Source: Nemertoderma westbladi
Taxonomy: Eukaryota; Animalia; Xenacoelomorpha
Direction of reading: 5' to 3'
Assembly: GCA_032718475.1 (NCBI GenBank)
Contig: JAUCBJ010004350.1
Location: 94,928 to 158,927, forward strand
Length of the DNA: 64,000 nt
This document shows positions 49,401-63,128 of this stretch, piece by piece. Under the pieces are notes generated by a model. It saw only the letters and a list, made by a program, of their open reading frames with translations. It did not search any database and had not been told where the DNA came from. A program made the translations under genes and the position numbers. How positions within the stretch are numbered: the first letter of the stretch is position 1; every line of letters starts with the position of its first letter.

Positions 49401-52400
49401 AAAACAATCTGGACTGAATCTTTTTTCAAAGGTAAAACCAACAGTTCCAGAGAACTCTAGTTTCCATGGGAATAGAAGTTATTTATTGGCAAATGCTACT
49501 AAACTAGGCTAAGCAACGAACCAAATTGTGGCCGTTTGTTTAATTTTCCTTAGCTTCGTGGTTGCATTTCCTTTAGGAAATGCCTTTCTAGTTACATTGA
49601 TCTATTTTTCAGTTCTCATGACAACCACTGCAAACAGATGCATTTTGATCCACGAAGCTAAGGAAAATCAACTACTTTCGCTAAGAAAGATTTTCCTTAG
49701 CTGAGATGGTCTATTCATAGTGGGCTATTTTACTTGTATGAGGCAGATTTGGTTTTTTTTGACCGGTGAAAAAACTAGCCTTTAAAAGTACCCTGAAATT
49801 TTGCATGTATATACTACTCGTCGAGGCGCATCTTTTGGGCCGGGTCTAATATCCAGGAAAAATCTGGTTTCCATGGCAACGGACTTCAAAAAAATCTATG
49901 TATTTCAAGTCAATATTTATAACTCTATTTGTAGGAAAACTATAATAGATATAAACTTGGGGTTTCGCAACACAACTATAAGGTCCATAGCAGATCCGAT
50001 TGAGGCTAAATAGAAAATCCAGTTTCCTTGGCAACCGGGATAAACAGATGTTAAAATTTATAAAATGTTAATTTGAGGTCTAAGGGCAAGGTGTTATGAC
50101 TTGGGACCAACCCCTACCCCCACTATATAACTTATTCTGCATCCGAATTACATTGTTCTATTTTTCAGTTACCATGACAACCGCTGAAAACAGATGTTTT
50201 TATTCAAACCTTATTCATTTGGACATAGATTTCACGATAAAATTTTACAAAACTGGGTATGTGTTATCTGGACCACTAGTTGGAACTTTTAGTGAAACTC
50301 AAATTATTCCAGAAATTTAGTTACCATGGTAACTGAAGTTTATTAAACTCGATATCATTCAAATCTATATTGATAACTCTATTTGTAGCAAAACTGTAAT
50401 ATATATAAACTTGGGGTTTTGCAACTCATCTATAAGATCCATATCCAAGCCGTTTGAGGTTAATTAGAAAATACAGTTACCATAGCAACAAGTCTAAACA
50501 GATGTTAAAATTTATAAAATGATAATTTGAAGCACAAGTTAATAGTATTATAACTTGGGACTAACCCCTACCCCCACTATATGACTTATTCTGCATCCGA
50601 ATTACATTGTTCTATTTTTCAGTTTCCATGACAATCACTGCAAACAGATGCATTTTGATAGAAAATCGGTAATTTGGACATAAACTACAATATTTTCTGA
50701 AACTCAGTATGTGTTATCTGAACCACAATCTGTACTGAATTTTTTTTCAAAAGTTAAAGCAACAGTTCCAGAGAACTCTAGTTTCCATGGGAATAGAAGT
50801 TAATTATTGACAATTGCTACTAAACGAGGCTAAGCAACGAACCAAAGTCTGGCCGTTTGTTTAATTTTCCTTAGCTTCGTGGTTGCATTTCCTTTAGGAA
50901 ATGCCTTTCTAGTATAAAATCGGTAATTTGGACATAAACTACAATATTTTCTGAAACTTGGTATGTGTTATCTGAACCACAATCTGGACTGAATCTTTTT
51001 TCAAAGGTAAAACCAACAGTTCCAGAGAACTCTAGTTTCCATGGGAATATAAGTTATTTATTGGCAAATGAACTAGGTTAAAAGCAACAAACCAAATTGT
51101 GGCCCTTTGTTTAATTTTCCTTAGCTTCGTGGTTGCATTTCCTTTAGGAAATGCCTTTCTAGTTTATCCACGAAGCTAAGGAAAATCAACTACTTTCGCT
51201 AAGAAAGCTTAACGCTCAACGACTTTCGCTTAGCTGAGATGGTCTATTCATAGTGGGCTATTTTACTTGTATGGAGCAGATTTGGTTTTTTTTGACCGGT
51301 GAAAAAACTAGCCTTTAAAAGTACCCTGAAATTTTGCATGTATATACTACTCGACGAGGCGCATCTTTTGGGCCGGGTCTCATATGCAGGAAAAATCTGG
51401 TTTCCATGGCAACGGACTTCAAAAAAAGTCTATGTATTTCAAGTCAATATTTATAACTCTATTTGTAGGAAAACTATAATAGATATAAACTTGGGGTTTC
51501 TCAACTCAACTATAAGGTCCGCAGCAGAGCCGATTGAGGTTGAATAGAAAATCCAGTTACCTTGGCAACCGGGCTAAACAGATGTTAAAATTTATAAAAT
51601 GTTAATTTGAAGCCTAAGGTTAAGGTGTTATGTCTTGGGACCAACCCCTACCCCCACTATATAACTTATTCTGCGTCCGAATTTCATTGTTTAATTTTGC
51701 AGTTACCATGACAACCGCTGAAAACAGATGTTTCTATGCAAAAATTACTCATTTGGACATAGACTTCATTATAAAATTTTATGAAAATGGGTATGTGTTA
51801 CTGGACCACTAGTTGGAAATTTTAGTGAAACTCAAACATTCCAGAAATATATAGATACCATGGTAACTGGAGTTTATTAAAGTCTATATCATTCAAGTCT
51901 AAATTCAATACACTATTTCTAGCAAAATGATGTAATATATATAAATTTGGGGTTTTGCAACTCATTTATAAGATCCATATACAAGCCGTTCGAGGTTAAT
52001 TACACAATCCAGTTACCATAGCAACAAGACTAAACAGATGTTCCACGAAGCTAAGGAAAATCAACTACTTTCACTAAGAAAGATTTTCCTTAGCTGAGAT
52101 GGTCTATTCATAGTGGGCTATTTTACTTGTATGAGGCAGATTTGGTTTTTTTTGACCGGTGAAAAAACTAGCCTTTAAAAGTACCCTGAAATTTTGCATG
52201 TATATACTACTCGACGAGGCGCATCTTTTGGGCCAGGTCTAATATCCAGGAAAAATCTGGTTTCCATGGCAACGGACTTCAAAAAAAGTCTATGTATTTC
52301 AAGTCAATATTTATAACTCTATTTGTAGGAAAACTATAATAGATATAAACTTGGGGTTTCGCAACACAACTATAAGGTCCATAGCAGATCCGATTGAGGC

Positions 52401-55400
52401 TAAATAGAAAATCCAGTTTCCTTGGCAACCGGGCTAAACAGATGTTAAAATTTATAAAATGATAATAAACTTGGGATTTCTCAACTCAACTATAAGGTCC
52501 ATAGCAGAGCCGATTGAGGTTAAATAGAAATTCCAGTTACCTTGGCAACCGGGCTAAACTGATGTTAAAATTTATAAAATGTTAATTTGAAGCCTAAGGT
52601 TAATGTGTTATGTCTTTGGACCAACCCCTACCCCCACTATATGACTTATTCTGCGTCCGAATTTCATTGTTTAATTTTGCAGTTACCATGACAACCGCTG
52701 AAAACAGATGTTTTTATACAAAATAACTCATTTGGACATAGACTTCGCGATAAAATTTTACGAAATTGGATATGTGTTATCTGGACCACTAGTTGAAACT
52801 TTTAGTAAAACCTAAAACATTCCATAAATATCTTGTTACCATGGTAACTGGAGTTTATTAAAGTCGATATCATTCAAGTCTAAATTCAATACTCTATTTG
52901 CAGCAAAATAATGTAATAAATATAAATTTGGGGTTTTGCAAGTCATCTGTAAGGTCCATATACAATCCATTCGAGGTTAATTACACAATCCAATTACCAT
53001 AGCAACAAGACTAAACAGATGTTAAAATTTCTAAAATGATAATTTGAAACACAAGTTAATAGTATTATGACTTGGGACCAAGACCTACCCCCATTATATG
53101 ACTTATTCTGCATCCGAATTACATTGTTCTATTTTTCAGTTTCCATGACAACCACTGCAAACAGATGCATTATGATAGAAAATCGGTAATTTGGACATAA
53201 ACTACAATATTTTCTGAAACTTGGTATGTGTTATCTGAACCACAATCTGGACTGAATCTTTTTTCAAAGGTAAAACCAACAGTTCCAGAGAATTCTAGTT
53301 TCCATGGGAATATAAGTTATTTATTGGCAAATGCTACTAAACTAGGCTAAGCAACAAACCAAATTATGGCCCTTTGTTTAATTTTCCTTAGCTTCGTGGT
53401 TGCATTTCCTTTAGGAAATGCCTTTCTAGTCCACGAAGCTAAGGAAAATCAACTACTTTCGCTAAGAAAGATTTTCCTTAGCTGAGATGGTCTATTCATA
53501 GTGGGCTGTTTTACTTGTATGGAGCAGATTTAGTGTTTTTTGATAGGTGAAAAAACTAGCCTTTAAAAGTAACCTAAAATTTTGCATGTATATACAACTC
53601 ATCAAGGCGCGTCGTGTGGGATGGGTCTCATATGCAGGAAAAATCTGGTTTCCATGGCAACGGACTTCAAAAAAAGTCTATGTATTTCAAGTCAATATTT
53701 ATAACTCTATTTGTAGGAAAACTATAATAGATATAAACTTGGGGTTTCGCAACACAACTATAAGGTCCATAGCAGAGCCGATTGAGGTTAAATAGAAATT
53801 CCAGTTACCTTGGCAACCGGGCTAAACTGATGTTAAAATTTATAAAATGTTAATTTGAAGCCTAAGGTTAATGTGTTATGACTTGGGACCAAGACCTACC
53901 CCCATTATATGACTTATTCTGCATCCGAATTACATTGTTCTATTTTTCAGTTTCCATGACAACCACTGCAAACAGATGCATTATGATAGAAAATCGGTAA
54001 TTTGGACATAAACTACAATATTTTCTGAAACTTGGTATGTGTTATCTGAACCACAATCTGGACTGAATCTTTTTTCAAAGGTAAAACCAACAGTTCCAGA
54101 GAATTCTAGTTTCCATGGGAATATAAGTTATTTATTGGCAAATGCTACTAAACTAGGCTAAGCAACAAACCAAATTATGGCCCTTTGTTTAATTTTCCTT
54201 AGCTTCGTGGTTGCATTTCCTTTAGGAAATGCCTTTCTAGTCCACGAAGCTAAGGAAAATCAACTACTTTCGCTAAGAAAGATTTTCCTTAGCTGAGATG
54301 GTCTATTCATAGTGGGCTGTTTTACTTGTATGGAGCAGATTTAGTGTTTTTTGATAGGTGAAAAAACTAGCCTTTAAAAGTAACCTAAAATTTTGCATGT
54401 ATATACAACTCATCAAGGCGCGTCGTGTGGGATGGGTCTCATATGCAGGAAAAATCTGGTTTCCATGGCAACGGACTTAGAAAAAAGTCTATGTATTTCA
54501 AGTCAATATTTGTAACTCTATTTGTAGGAAAACTATAATACATATAAACTTGGGGTTTCTCAACACAACTATAAGGTCCATAGCAGAGCCGATTGAGGTT
54601 AAATAGAAAATCCAGTTACCTTGGCAACCGGGCTAAACAGATGTTAAAATTTTTAAAATGTTAATTTGAAGCCTAAGGTTAAGGTGTGATGACTTGGGAC
54701 CAATCCCTACCCCCACTATATAACTTATTCTGCGTCCGAATTTGATTGTTCTATTTTGCAGTTACCATGACAACCGCTGAAAACAGATGTTTTTATACAA
54801 AAATTATTCATTTGGACATAGACTTCACGATAAAATTTTACAAAACTGGGTATGTGTTATCTGGACCACTAGTTGGAACTTTTAGTGAAACTCAAAACAT
54901 TCCAGAAATATCTAGTTACCATGGTAACTGGAGCTTATTAAAGTCAATATCATTCAAGTCTATATTTTTAACCCTTGTTTGTAGGAAAACTGTATTAGAT
55001 ATAAATATTGGGTTTCCCAACTCAACTATAAGGAAGGTCCTTAGAGGAGCCAATTGTGGTTAATTAGAAAATCCAGTTACCTTGGTAACCAGGCTAAACA
55101 GATGATATAATTTAAAAAATTATAATTAGAAACACAAGTTAAAGGCATTATGACTTGGGACCAACCCCTACCACCATAATATCACTTATTCTGCATCCAA
55201 TCTACGTTGTTCTATTTGCCAGTTACCTTGACAACCACTGCAAACAGACTTTTTAACAAATTAATAATTAATTTTGCACATAAACTACTCAATGAAGCTT
55301 CCTTGGAGTCGATGTGTCACCTGGAACCACAAACTAGATCTTAATGTAAAACTCTGCATTTCTAGAAAAGTCCAGTTACCTTGGCAATACCGGGAGTTCT

Positions 55401-58400
55401 TTTAACTCGGTAAATCAATGAACTGATGAGTCAAAGAGTGTTTAATTTTCCTTAGCTTCGTGGTTGCATTTCCTTTAGGAAATGCCTTTCTAGTAAAATT
55501 TATAAAATGATAATTTGAAGCACAATTTAATAGTATTATGACTTGGGACCAAGACCTACCCCCACTATATGACTTATTCTGCATCCGAGTTACATTGATC
55601 TATTTTTCAGTTCTCATGACAACCACTGCAAACAGATGCATTTTGATCCACGAAGCTAAGGAAAATCAACTACTTTCGCTAAGAAAGATTTTCCTTAGCT
55701 GAGATGGTCTATTCATAGTGGGCTATTTTACTTGTATGAGGCAGATTTGGTTTTTTTTGACCGGTGAAAAAACTAGCCTTTAAAAGTACCCTGAAATTTT
55801 GCATGTATATACTACTCGTCGAGGCGCATCTTTTGGGCCGGGTCTAATATCCAGGAAAAATCTGGTTTCCATGGCAACGGACTTCAAAAAAATCTATGTA
55901 TTTCAAGTCAATATTTATAACTCTATTTGTAGGAAAACTATAATAGATATAAACTTGGGGTTTCGCAACACAACTATAAGGTCCATAGCAGATCCGATTG
56001 AGGCTAAATAGAAAATCCAGTTTCCTTGGCAACCGGGATAAACAGATGTTAAAATTTATAAAATGTTAATTTGAGGTCTAAGGGCAAGGTGTTATGACTT
56101 GGGACCAACCCCTACCCCCACTATATAACTTATTCTGCATCCGAATTACATTGTTCTATTTTTCAGTTACCATGACAACCGCTGAAAACAGATGTTTTTA
56201 TTCAAACCTTATTCATTTGGACATAGATTTCACGATAAAATTTTACAAAACTGGGTATGTGTTATCTGGACCACTAGTTGGAACTTTTAGTGAAACTCAA
56301 ATTATTCCAGAAATTTAGTTACCATGGTAACTGAAGTTTATTAAACTCGATATCATTCAAATCTATATTGATAACTCTATTTGTAGCAAAACTGTAATAT
56401 ATATAAACTTGGGGTTTTGCAACTCATCTATAAGATCCATATCCAAGCCGTTTGAGGTTAATTAGAAAATACAGTTACCATAGCAACAAGTCTAAACAGA
56501 TGTTAAAATTTATAAAATGATAATTTGAAGCACAAGTTAATAGTATTATAACTTGGGACTAACCCCTACCCCCACTATATGACTTATTCTGCATCCGAAT
56601 TACATTGTTCTATTTTTCAGTTTCCATGACAATCACTGCAAACAGATGCATTTTGATAGAAAATCGGTAATTTGGACATAAACTACAATATTTTCTGAAA
56701 CTCAGTATGTGTTATCTGAACCACAATCTGTACTGAATTTTTTTTCAAAAGTTAAAGCAACAGTTCCAGAGAACTCTAGTTTCCATGGGAATAGAAGTTA
56801 ATTATTGACAATTGCTACTAAACGAGGCTAAGCAACGAACCAAAGTCTGGCCGTTTGTTTAATTTTCCTTAGCTTCGTGGTTGCATTTCCTTTAGGAAAT
56901 GCCTTTCTAGTATAAAATCGGTAATTTGGACATAAACTACAATATTTTCTGAAACTTGGTATGTGTTATCTGAACCACAATCTGGACTGAATCTTTTTTC
57001 AAAGGTAAAACCAACAGTTCCAGAGAACTCTAGTTTCCATGGGAATATAAGTTATTTATTGGCAAATGAACTAGGTTAAAAGCAACAAACCAAATTGTGG
57101 CCCTTTGTTTAATTTTCCTTAGCTTCGTGGTTGCATTTCCTTTAGGAAATGCCTTTCTAGTTTATCCACGAAGCTAAGGAAAATCAACTACTTTCGCTAA
57201 GAAAGCTTAACGCTCAACGACTTTCGCTTAGCTGAGATGGTCTATTCATAGTGGGCTATTTTACTTGTATGGAGCAGATTTGGTTTTTTTTGACCGGTGA
57301 AAAAACTAGCCTTTAAAAGTACCCTGAAATTTTGCATGTATATACTACTCGACGAGGCGCATCTTTTGGGCCGGGTCTCATATGCAGGAAAAATCTGGTT
57401 TCCATGGCAACGGACTTCAAAAAAAGTCTATGTATTTCAAGTCAATATTTATAACTCTATTTGTAGGAAAACTATAATAGATATAAACTTGGGGTTTCTC
57501 AACTCAACTATAAGGTCCGCAGCAGAGCCGATTGAGGTTGAATAGAAAATCCAGTTACCTTGGCAACCGGGCTAAACAGATGTTAAAATTTATAAAATGT
57601 TAATTTGAAGCCTAAGGTTAAGGTGTTATGTCTTGGGACCAACCCCTACCCCCACTATATAACTTATTCTGCGTCCGAATTTCATTGTTTAATTTTGCAG
57701 TTACCATGACAACCGCTGAAAACAGATGTTTCTATGCAAAAATTACTCATTTGGACATAGACTTCATTATAAAATTTTATGAAAATGGGTATGTGTTACT
57801 GGACCACTAGTTGGAAATTTTAGTGAAACTCAAACATTCCAGAAATATATAGATACCATGGTAACTGGAGTTTATTAAAGTCTATATCATTCAAGTCTAA
57901 ATTCAATACACTATTTCTAGCAAAATGATGTAATATATATAAATTTGGGGTTTTGCAACTCATTTATAAGATCCATATACAAGCCGTTCGAGGTTAATTA
58001 CACAATCCAGTTACCATAGCAACAAGACTAAACAGATGTTAAAATTTATAAAATGATAATTTGAAGCACAATTTAATAGTATTATGACTTGGGACCAAGA
58101 CCTACCCCCACTATATGACTTATTCTGCATCCGAGTTAAATTGATCTATTTTTCAGTTCTCATGACAACCACTGCAAACAGATGCATTTTGATATAAAAT
58201 CGGTAATTTGGACATAAACTACAATATTTTCTGAAACTTGGTATGTGTTATCTGAACCACAATCTGGACTGAATCTTTTTTCAAAGGTAAAACCAACAGT
58301 TCCAGAGAACTCTAGTTTCCATGGGAATATAAGTTATTTATTGGCAAATGAACTAGGTTAAAAGCAACAAACCAAATTGTGGCCCTTTGTTTAATTTTCC

Positions 58401-58777
58401 TTAGCTTCGTGGTTGCATTTCCTTTAGGAAATGCCTTTCTAGTATGACTTATTCTGCATCCGAATTACATTGTTCTATTTTTCAGTTTCCATGACAACCA
58501 CTGCAAACAGATGCATTTTGATAGAAAATCTGTAATTTGGACATAAACTACAATATTTTCTGAAACTCGATGTGTTATCTGAAAAACAATCTGGACTGAA
58601 TCTTTTTTCAAAGGTAAAACCAACCGTTCCAGAGAACTCTAGTTTCCATGGGAATAGAAGTTATTTATTGGCAAATGCTACTAAACTAGGCTAAGCAACG
58701 AACCAAATTGTGGCCGTTTGTTTAATTTTCCTTAGCTTCGTTCGTGGTTGCATTTCCTTTAGGAAATGCCTTTCTAG
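43440..58777 (+). mobile_element. Nested and tandem cluster of about 12 non-autonomous Helitron/Helentron-like (DINE-1/HINE-like) elements
   Basis: 5' ends TCCACGAAGCTAAGGAAAAT at 43440, 44300, 45591, 46980, 48329, 49649, 51167, 52042, 53430, 54241, 55647, 57165. 3' ends are a subterminal IR plus GCATTTCCT-TT-AGGAAATGC hairpin plus CTAG. Removing the cluster restores the satellite GAGAGAA|TAATG with no TSD. Confidence 0.88.
57165..58442 (+). mobile_element. Uninterrupted about 1.28-kb copy of the Helitron-like element
   Basis: 5' TC, 19-bp asymmetric subterminal IRs, 5' internal 13-bp IR, internal about 457-bp repeats, 3' hairpin and CTAG end. Shows the empty state of sites occupied in other copies. 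Confidence 0.88.
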
Positions 58778-58909
58778 TAATGTGTTCTATCTTGTAAAAG
58801 TGGTCGCTCTCCACTACTGTGGTGTATCAACAACCAGAGAGAATAATGTGTTCTATCTTGTAAAAGTGGCCGATCTCCACTACAGTGGTTTATCAACAAC
58901 CAGAGAGAA
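58778..58909. repeat. Two units of the 66-bp satellite
   Basis: Satellite resumes in register after the Helitron cluster. Confidence 0.95.
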
Positions 58910-60395
58910 TCCACGAAGCTAAGGAAAATCAACTACTTTCGCTAAGAAAGATTTTCCTTAGCTGAGATGGTCTATTCATAGTGGGCTATTTTACTTGTGT
59001 GAGGCAGATTTAGTGTTTTTTGACCGGTGAAAAAACTAGCCTTTAAAAGTACCCTGAAACTTTGCATGTATATACTACTCGTCGAGGCGCATCGTGTGGG
59101 ATGGGTCTCATATCCAGGAAAAATCTGGTTTCCATGGCAACGGACTTAGAAAAAAGTCTATGTATTTCAAGTCAATATCTATAACTCTATTTGTAGGAAA
59201 ACTATAATAGATATAGACTTGGGGTTTCTCAACTAAACTATAAGGTCCATAGCAGAGCCGATTGAGGTTAAATAGAAAATCCAGTTACCTTGGCAACCGG
59301 GCTAAACAGATGTTAAAATTTATAAAATGATAATTTGATGCCTAAGGTTACGGTGTTATGACTTGGGACCAACCCCTACCCCCACTATATAACTTATTCT
59401 GTGTCCAAATTTCATTGTTATCTTTTGCAGTTACCATGACAACCGCTGAAAACAGATGTTTTTATACAAAAATTACTCATTTGGACATAGACTTAGCGAT
59501 AAAATTTTACCAAACTGGGTATGTGTTATCTGTACCACTAGTTGGAACTTTTAGTGAAACTCAAAACATTCCAGAAATATCTAGTTACCGTGGTAACTGG
59601 AGTTTATTACAGATTATATCATTCAAGTCTATATTCTTAACTCTATTTGTAGAAAAACCGCAATAGATATAAACTTGGGGTTTTGCAACTCATCTATAAG
59701 GGCCATAGTCGAGCAGATTGAGGTAAATTAAAAAATCCTGTTACCATAGCAACCAGGCTATACAGACGTTCAAATATATAAAATGATAATTTTCAGCAAA
59801 AGTTAAAGGTATTATTACATGGGACCAAGCCCTACCCCTTCTATATAACTTATTCTGCATCCGAATTACGTTGCTCTAATTATCAGTTTCCATGGCAACC
59901 GCTGAAAACAGATGTTTTGACACAAAAATTGTTCATTTTGTACATAGACTAAACGATAACATTCTCTGAAACTGGGTATGTGTTATCTGTACTCCTACTT
60001 GGAACTTTTTGAAAAATTCAAAACTTCTAGAAATATCTAGTTACCATGGTAACTGGAATTTAATAAAATCTATTACATTAAAGTCTATATTATTAACTCT
60101 ATCTGTACAACAACCATAATAGATCAAAACTTGAAGTTTTCAACTCAATTATAAGGACAATAGTTGCGCCTATTAAGGTCAATTAGAAAATTTAGTTACC
60201 ACGGCAACCAGGCTAAACAGATGTTCAAATTTATAAAATGATTATTTAAACCATAACAATAAGATATTACGACTTGGGACCAACCCCTATCCCACTATAT
60301 CACTTATTCTGCATCCAATTAACGTTGTTATATTTATCAGTTTCCAAGACAACCACTGCAAACTGATGTTTTAACAAAAATACATCTTTAATTTT
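58910..60395 (+). mobile_element. Longer Helitron-like copy (extra internal repeat) interrupted by the second LTR element
   Basis: Same 5' terminus and three internal about 457-bp units. Similarity stops at about 60395. Confidence 0.85.
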
Positions 60396-61601
60396 TGTTC
60401 GCGCTTTTGAAGACCTTTAGCAGTTTAACCTGCCAAAATTTATATGTCTTTTAGTTAATTAAAACACCTTTAGCACACGACAATATTTTATGCTAATAAA
60501 CAAAACATTACCCGAAGTCAGCCCATGCGCGATCATTCACCCGATGGATCTACACCCGGGAGGCTGAATTCGGCTGCTTAAATTTTATTATTGCAGTGTA
60601 AGGTTGCAGTGTAAACTTACTGTATTATTCGATTGATCGTTATTAATTAATCTCTGACAGATATTATTGACTTTCGGGAAATATTAACAGTTCCTTTAGG
60701 ACGTGGCGCTCTATCTATTTAAACAGAACTAGGACTTATACTAAACGCAACGATACTGCTTATGATTAAAGTATAAAGCGCATTCTTTAGGAAATGCTTT
60801 GTTACCAATCACAATCATGCACACTATTCTGCCGACCGTCAGTAAATTTGATCACACATAAAGAGAGCAGCAATTGACTCATGTAGGGTCTGCTAAATAA
60901 CATTAGATTCAATACACACCACATTAATATAAATCGCAATTGTTATATATAGCCCGTCTCTCTAACCTGTAGTGTATCAAGAAAATTGGGAATTTGGGGT
61001 GATTTATCCGTATTCTCCAAAGAGCAATATTTCCATCAACAAATAGATACAATTAATAACTGACGGTAAATAACAGTACAAACAATATGATTAATAGTGA
61101 GTTAATTAGATCAGATAAGACGATTGAGTTAGATGATTAGTTAGGTAACAGTTTATACTTTCGATAATTTAAGCAGTTTTACTAGAGTTCTTCCCAAAAA
61201 GCCGGTGTTATGGCGAAAAATGGGAACACAACAACAGAATCATATAAAATCATATGACTACTTAACTATACGAGGATACCAACTCCCTTATTCCCCGAAG
61301 CTCCCGTTCAACACAGAGGATGAGCAGTGAGATAGGAAAATTCAGTTCAGTAGCTCTGGGATAGGTCGAAATCAACGCCCACTCAAATTCTATTGGCCGA
61401 CACGGACAGCAGGGCAGAGGCAACCTCCCTAAACTAGTTGGCCGATTAAACTGAGCCCAGATATCTCCGTACAGCACATCAGCCAATAAGCTGGTAGCTT
61501 GCACTATTTTAGTTATAAATCCCTTTGAGAGTATTCTAGCGACTGGGGGGGAACTGGCCAGCAAAGGCAAACGTATCAGTTATCCCACAAAAGCTTTTAC
61601 A
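60396..61601 (-). repeat. Putative 3' LTR (about 1.2 kb, TG...CA)
   Basis: Bounded by the PPT-like GGGAGCGG and the insertion junction. The partner LTR is not in the window. Confidence 0.6.
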
Positions 61602-61679
61602 CCGCTCCCAGAAAATGGGATTTAAGTCTATAAAATATACAAAATCACAGTTTCTAAAATATAAAAATACTCTAAACAG

Positions 61680-63128
61680 TTAGTCTTTCTTGCGCGGACG
61701 GCGTTTACGCAGTTTTTTAAAGCTAGCAAGAGTCCTTTTCTCTTTGGGGCGAGCCACTTTACGAGGAGGGCTATAACTCCTGGGTGAAGGGTGCAATATG
61801 ATTGCATCAGAAGGTATGGGATTACGATCGGTATATCCGCCGGTCGAAGTACCGGGTTGATTGACATCAACGTCCGGGGAGAGGGGTCTAACGGCTTTGA
61901 GAGCTCGTTTCAAGACAGCCGCTCTTACGGGTCCTTTACGAGTGGTCTGAACGAGGGCCGTGGGTGGACCATAGGCAGTTAGAAACTTCCTTGGTTTAAT
62001 GGTCCTCTCCAACTCGCGTTCGCGGGCTCGGTATTCGTAAGGCCGTCGATATACTTCCTGTAACTCAGGGTGTGAGTTAACAAACAATTCTCCATAGTCC
62101 GGATCCTGACGGATATGATTGATTAAGTTATAGGAATGAAGGTCGCTAGGATTAACACTCCTGAGAAATTTGCGTACGAATTTGGTTGAAATACATTCTC
62201 CGACGCGCTTCAGTAGCTCGTAACTTGATATGCGTGATTTCTGTTCAACCGAAGCGAATAGATAAGGATGTAACGCATAAACTCCTTCGTAAGCGCGTCC
62301 GGGATAATAGCGATGGCGCGAATCACAATGTAAATCAGTGTTCGCTTCCCAAGCTCTGATGTAACGTAGTGTGATCATTTCATCTACGCTTTCCAAATCG
62401 TGATTAAAAGGGCAATCGAAACTGGCATGTCCCTTTAGTTGACAATGGTGACATTGAGTCATAAATTGAGGGCAAACCGCAAAAATGTGCAAATTATTAA
62501 ATCTGCAATACGCGCAATAAATTTCCATCGCCGGTTGTTCGTGGAAATAGGAACAGCGGACGTTTGTGTCCATGGGCGTAACATGGTCTCTCGATGCGCA
62601 TAACCGACAACGTTGCCGAGAAACATAGTTGGCATGGCGATAATCGTACGCAGTGAGACACTGTGGACCTTGATACCATTCTAGGATGTAATCGTTGTCG
62701 CTGTTCCGAGCGCGATAGGCTGAATCTCCTCAGATTCTAGACATATTGGTTCGTCTTCCCAGTCTGTTACGAATAGAATTTTCGTGATCTATTCTCGGTT
62801 TATCGTTACAACGCCGCTGGGTATGATATTTAAATAGAACCATTTCCCTTTCGGTGTCTACATCGTCCGTATCATGTAAATCGATAGGATGGCCGGTAGT
62901 TAAGAAGTCCATATACGTACCATTACGATGCGTATAGCGAGCGGTTAATTTTCGATAGTCCAATTCACGCGTAAGTTGCTCTTGGGACATCGGCGGTTCG
63001 ATATAACGACCATCGTCCTCCGTAATAGTCGGATCGGCTTCACCGCGTATCAAGCTATCCACAAACGCTTGTAAAGGTAGAGTATATCGCTCTCTAATAC
63101 CAAGGTCATCTTCTATCAATTCCGTCAT
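61680..63128 (-). CDS. Accessory ORF with Cys/His zinc-knuckle motifs and basic tail, interrupted by one in-frame TGA (62730-62732)
   Basis: ORFs 63128-62730 and 62573-61680 share a frame and the gap is open. Motifs CRLCASRDH..C, CAYCRFNNLHIFAVC, CHHCQLKGHASFDC; C-terminus KKLRKRRPRKKD. Confidence 0.65.

Noticed and set aside
43885-59666. Recurrent 60-105 aa ORFs in the Helitron cluster
   Set aside because: Not conserved in frame between copies, and no Rep/helicase motifs.
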